Of a stretch of 53,538 nucleotides of DNA, positions 50,807 through 53,538 are shown piece by piece (position 1 is the first letter of the stretch; the number at the start of each line of letters is the position of its first letter). The notes under the pieces are model-generated. The model did not search any database. It was not told the origin of the DNA and was given only the letters and a program-made list of their open reading frames with translations. Made by a program: the position numbers and the translations under genes. The DNA lies in assembly GCA_032718475.1 (NCBI GenBank), contig JAUCBJ010000457.1, positions 1-53,538 of the forward strand, in the 5' to 3' direction. This stretch comes from Nemertoderma westbladi. Lineage: Eukaryota > Animalia > Xenacoelomorpha.

Positions 50807-51003
50807 AGCCAGGATAGAATCGCACCCCTTGATCTGTTTGTGGAGTCCGGCTATGACCTTGGCCTCGGCAATGTAATCCTGTATGCTCTCAGACTCCACC
50901 TGGTTGAGTTCGGCGTCGATCTGCTTGGAGTAGGCCCTGAGATCCACGCCGGACTTCAACGCAGTCGACACCAGTTCGTCGTCCAGGTTGTCCTGGATAC
51001 ATT
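50807..51003 (-). CDS. VPS52: VPS52 coding exon 2
   Basis: TTTTAG acceptor; ECIQDNLDDELVSTALKSGVDLRAYSKQIDAEL...GCDSILA matches the VPS52 N-terminal coiled coil; GTAAGT donor; phase consistent with exon 1. Confidence 0.95.
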
Positions 51004-51149
51004 CTAAAATAGAACAATCGGGAAGAACTTGAATAGAATAATAAAAATTAGCGGTACGGACCGCGTTCATATGGCAGACTTATCATAAGTCTTATGGCTA
51101 TGGCATATGGATGAAAGAATATGGAATGAATTGAAAATATTAATCTCAC

Positions 51150-51348
51150 CTTCTAAGTTATCTAATATATGATCGTCAGCCACGTCGGATTCTATGTTAA
51201 TATCTAACCCCAGAGGTTCGGACATAGCGTCCAAATCGTCAACTTCCGCATCTGTTTCTGAGTCCGGTTCGTTACTCGTAAAAGGATTGTTGTTTCCGCT
51301 GTCACTAAAGCTATCCTGGCCATCGCACTCGAATGGATTTGTCGACAT
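51150..51348 (-). CDS. VPS52: VPS52 coding exon 1 (MSTNPFECDG...HILDNLE), phase-1 end
   Basis: ATG at 51348; acidic N-terminus ending in LDINIESDVADDHILDNLE, which resembles the VPS52 LDITSDEFILDEVD region; donor G|GTGAGA; 199 nt. Start codon is inferred. Confidence 0.85.
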
Positions 51349-51631
51349 CGTCCTATTATTCAGATATCTGTAGTTTTTGCACTTGTGTTCACTGTCTGGT
51401 AGATTTTGGAGCTCTTTCACACCAGGTGCCAGGCGGGCACTGGCCTGCTGGCAGTCTAACACTCTAATACTGATAATATTGTAATACTGCCAACTGCAGT
51501 ACTGATGTTATACTGACTGACTGACTGATGTTAGCTATAGGCATAACTGTTTAGTATTTACTCTCTGTCTGTCTGTACTGTAGCCTACTTGATCATTGAT
51601 GTTACACTGTTACAGTTTACACTGTTACAGT

Positions 51632-52572
51632 GGGTGCATGTAAAGAGCGGACTGCGGACTCGGCTCGGATTGTCAATTAAAAGCCCAAATATGCGCGGTC
51701 AATTTGAATTATAGCATTATAATGTAAGAATCCGCTCTTTGTTGTCTGGACAAACGGCGGACTGAAGCCAGAAAATTGTAACCTGATTGGCTCAATCATT
51801 TACATAGGCCCAAAGGGAACTTTCCTGAATCCTCTTATTGGCTTAAATGTTTTCATTGTGACACATAGCAGCATAGAGATGGAAACACAAACAATATTCC
51901 AACATTGCTACAGTATAATTATACTGCAAGTAATTAAGTAGGACTACCGGTGCGGTATCAATTAAGCTGCCGTCAGCAGGCATGTACTGTTGGCCTACCG
52001 GCTACTGCAACTGGTCAGCCGGTTGAAGTTTTCGATTAATTCAAACTAAAACTAAGTAGCCTATAATAAGTAACGCAATCGATGGCGGCCGTATTGCACG
52101 TGTAGTAGGCCTATTCTTAAACGTCCAAAACTAAACTTACTATAATACATCCAGGCTTACGTAAGATGAGAGTGCGAGTGCCTTGATGTGAAAGTTTAGG
52201 AAAATATTACCTGATTAGCCTACTACTGTATTTACAGTAGAGGTATAGGTTCGCCACTAGTAGTAGCCCCTTAATCAACAGTCCACCGTCCACGTAATTA
52301 CTGTATAGGATAATTATTTCCTGTATTACAGTGTTGCACAATGGTAAACATTTAAAAGCCAATGCTGCAATGGGATGATTCATTCTTTAAGTTCCCTTTC
52401 AGCCTATGTAAATGATTGAGCCAATCAGGTTACAATTTACCGGCTTCAGTTCGCCATTTGTCCAGACAACAAAGAACGGATTCTTAGTTTGGAAGTCGAT
52501 AATTTAAATTGACCGCGTGGATTTTGGCAATCCGCAGTCCGCCAGTCCGCAGTCCGCTCTTTACATGCACCC
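51632..52572. mobile_element. Mutator-like (MULE) non-autonomous element ~280 bp upstream of the VPS52 ATG
   Basis: ~190-bp TIRs starting GGGTGCATGTAAAGAGCGGACTGCGGACT (51632-51822 / 52389-52572); perfect 9-bp TSD TGTTACAGT at 51623-51631 and 52573-52581. Confidence 0.92.
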
Positions 52573-53082
52573 TGTTACAGTTAGTGTTATAAACTTATAT
52601 AGTGGTTCCCGGGATCTTATATTGTTATATTATATTGTGTTACAGTCTGATAGTTACACATACAGTTATACGCCTATATGCTGATATGTCAGTATGTGTT
52701 TCCTTTGCGACGGTAACAACTGCAACTTTACATTCCGTATTGAAACGCCAGTTGCGCCGCATTTTCTGGCTGTGTCCTGTCGGGGGGGGGGGGGTGCTTT
52801 TGCGACTAATAAACTACAGTTTCAGAATCAGAGTTTGTGGTGTTCGTTGGAAACTGTTCCCGATCAAAGCGGGTGAATCAATAGCGTATTTACTGTTACT
52901 CTATACGCTAATACAGTAATACGTAAGTACCGGTACTGTAAATACGCTATTAAGGAACCCCAAGACCCCCTTGTTGCCTGGCTGCAGGTTTCTATGTCCT
53001 GCTGTCCTTCTAATATTTACGGGGACGATTTATTATCTTGCAGTATTGGCCACCGTTCAGACCGTTGGCTACAAATAGTTCT

Positions 53083-53343
53083 AAAGTGTGGGGCGAGCCA
53101 CGAAGTGAGTGAGCCTTAGCGTAGTGGTACCATTAATCAACCTGTGGGGCGAGCCACGAAGTGAGAGAGCCTTAGCGTAGTGGTACCATTAATCAACCTG
53201 TCGTTCTGTCGTTCTGTCGCGTTTTTTTTCAGTATTTTATTTTAAACGTTAATAACTCGGCCAATCCTTGATGAAATCTATCCAAACTTGGTACACATGT
53301 TGTTTGGCAAAAGTTTGAAAATTTTCCAAGTAGAATTTGCGTG
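53083..53343 (+). mobile_element. Second copy of the Helentron-associated-like repeat, with a 56-bp tandem duplication of its head
   Basis: Similar to 2007-2202; TGTGGGGCGAGCCACGAAG...TTAATCAACC is repeated at 53087 and 53143. Confidence 0.6.
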
Positions 53344-53538
53344 GGGCCTTCGTGCAGCATCAGTGTAACTGTTATTGTAGTTATAATATATTTATTTATC
53401 CAAAATTAACATGCGTTAAATTATTATTACTGTAGGATAAATCAGCTGGTTTTCTGACAAATTTTGCAAAACATAGGGGCTGTCTGCCAATCTGCATGTA
53501 CCATTTGTACCGGTACTGTCAGGCTGTAATACAGGTCA

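Overview
Eukaryotic (invertebrate-animal-like) genomic DNA, not prokaryotic. The window is spanned by a minus-strand VPS52 gene (GARP/EARP subunit): I can reconstruct 10 phase-consistent GT-AG coding exons (583 codons), and the 3' exons lie beyond position 1. About 39 kb (~73%) is intronic tandem repeat: 23-, 53-, 45-, 40-, 29- and 33-bp arrays plus a six-copy ~1.75-kb macrorepeat. First standout: three arrays are amplified VPS52 splice junctions. Two repeat exon end + 5' donor (14 and 20 copies); a 16-kb satellite repeats branch point + polypyrimidine tract + AG + exon start (~350 copies). In the consensus units, use of a wrong copy reads into an in-frame stop. Second standout: an antisense MFS transporter gene nested in intron 7 has two ~340-bp introns that look like fold-back transposons (Introner-like). 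One has a perfect 9-bp target-site duplication supplying both splice sites; the other probably uses a non-canonical GG donor. Also present: a Mutator-like MITE just upstream of VPS52, a Zator/Harbinger-like element carrying a LINE fragment, a tRNA-derived sequence and two Helentron-associated-like repeats. Nearly all long ORFs in the supplied track are repeat artefacts. Everything is read by eye; no searches were run.
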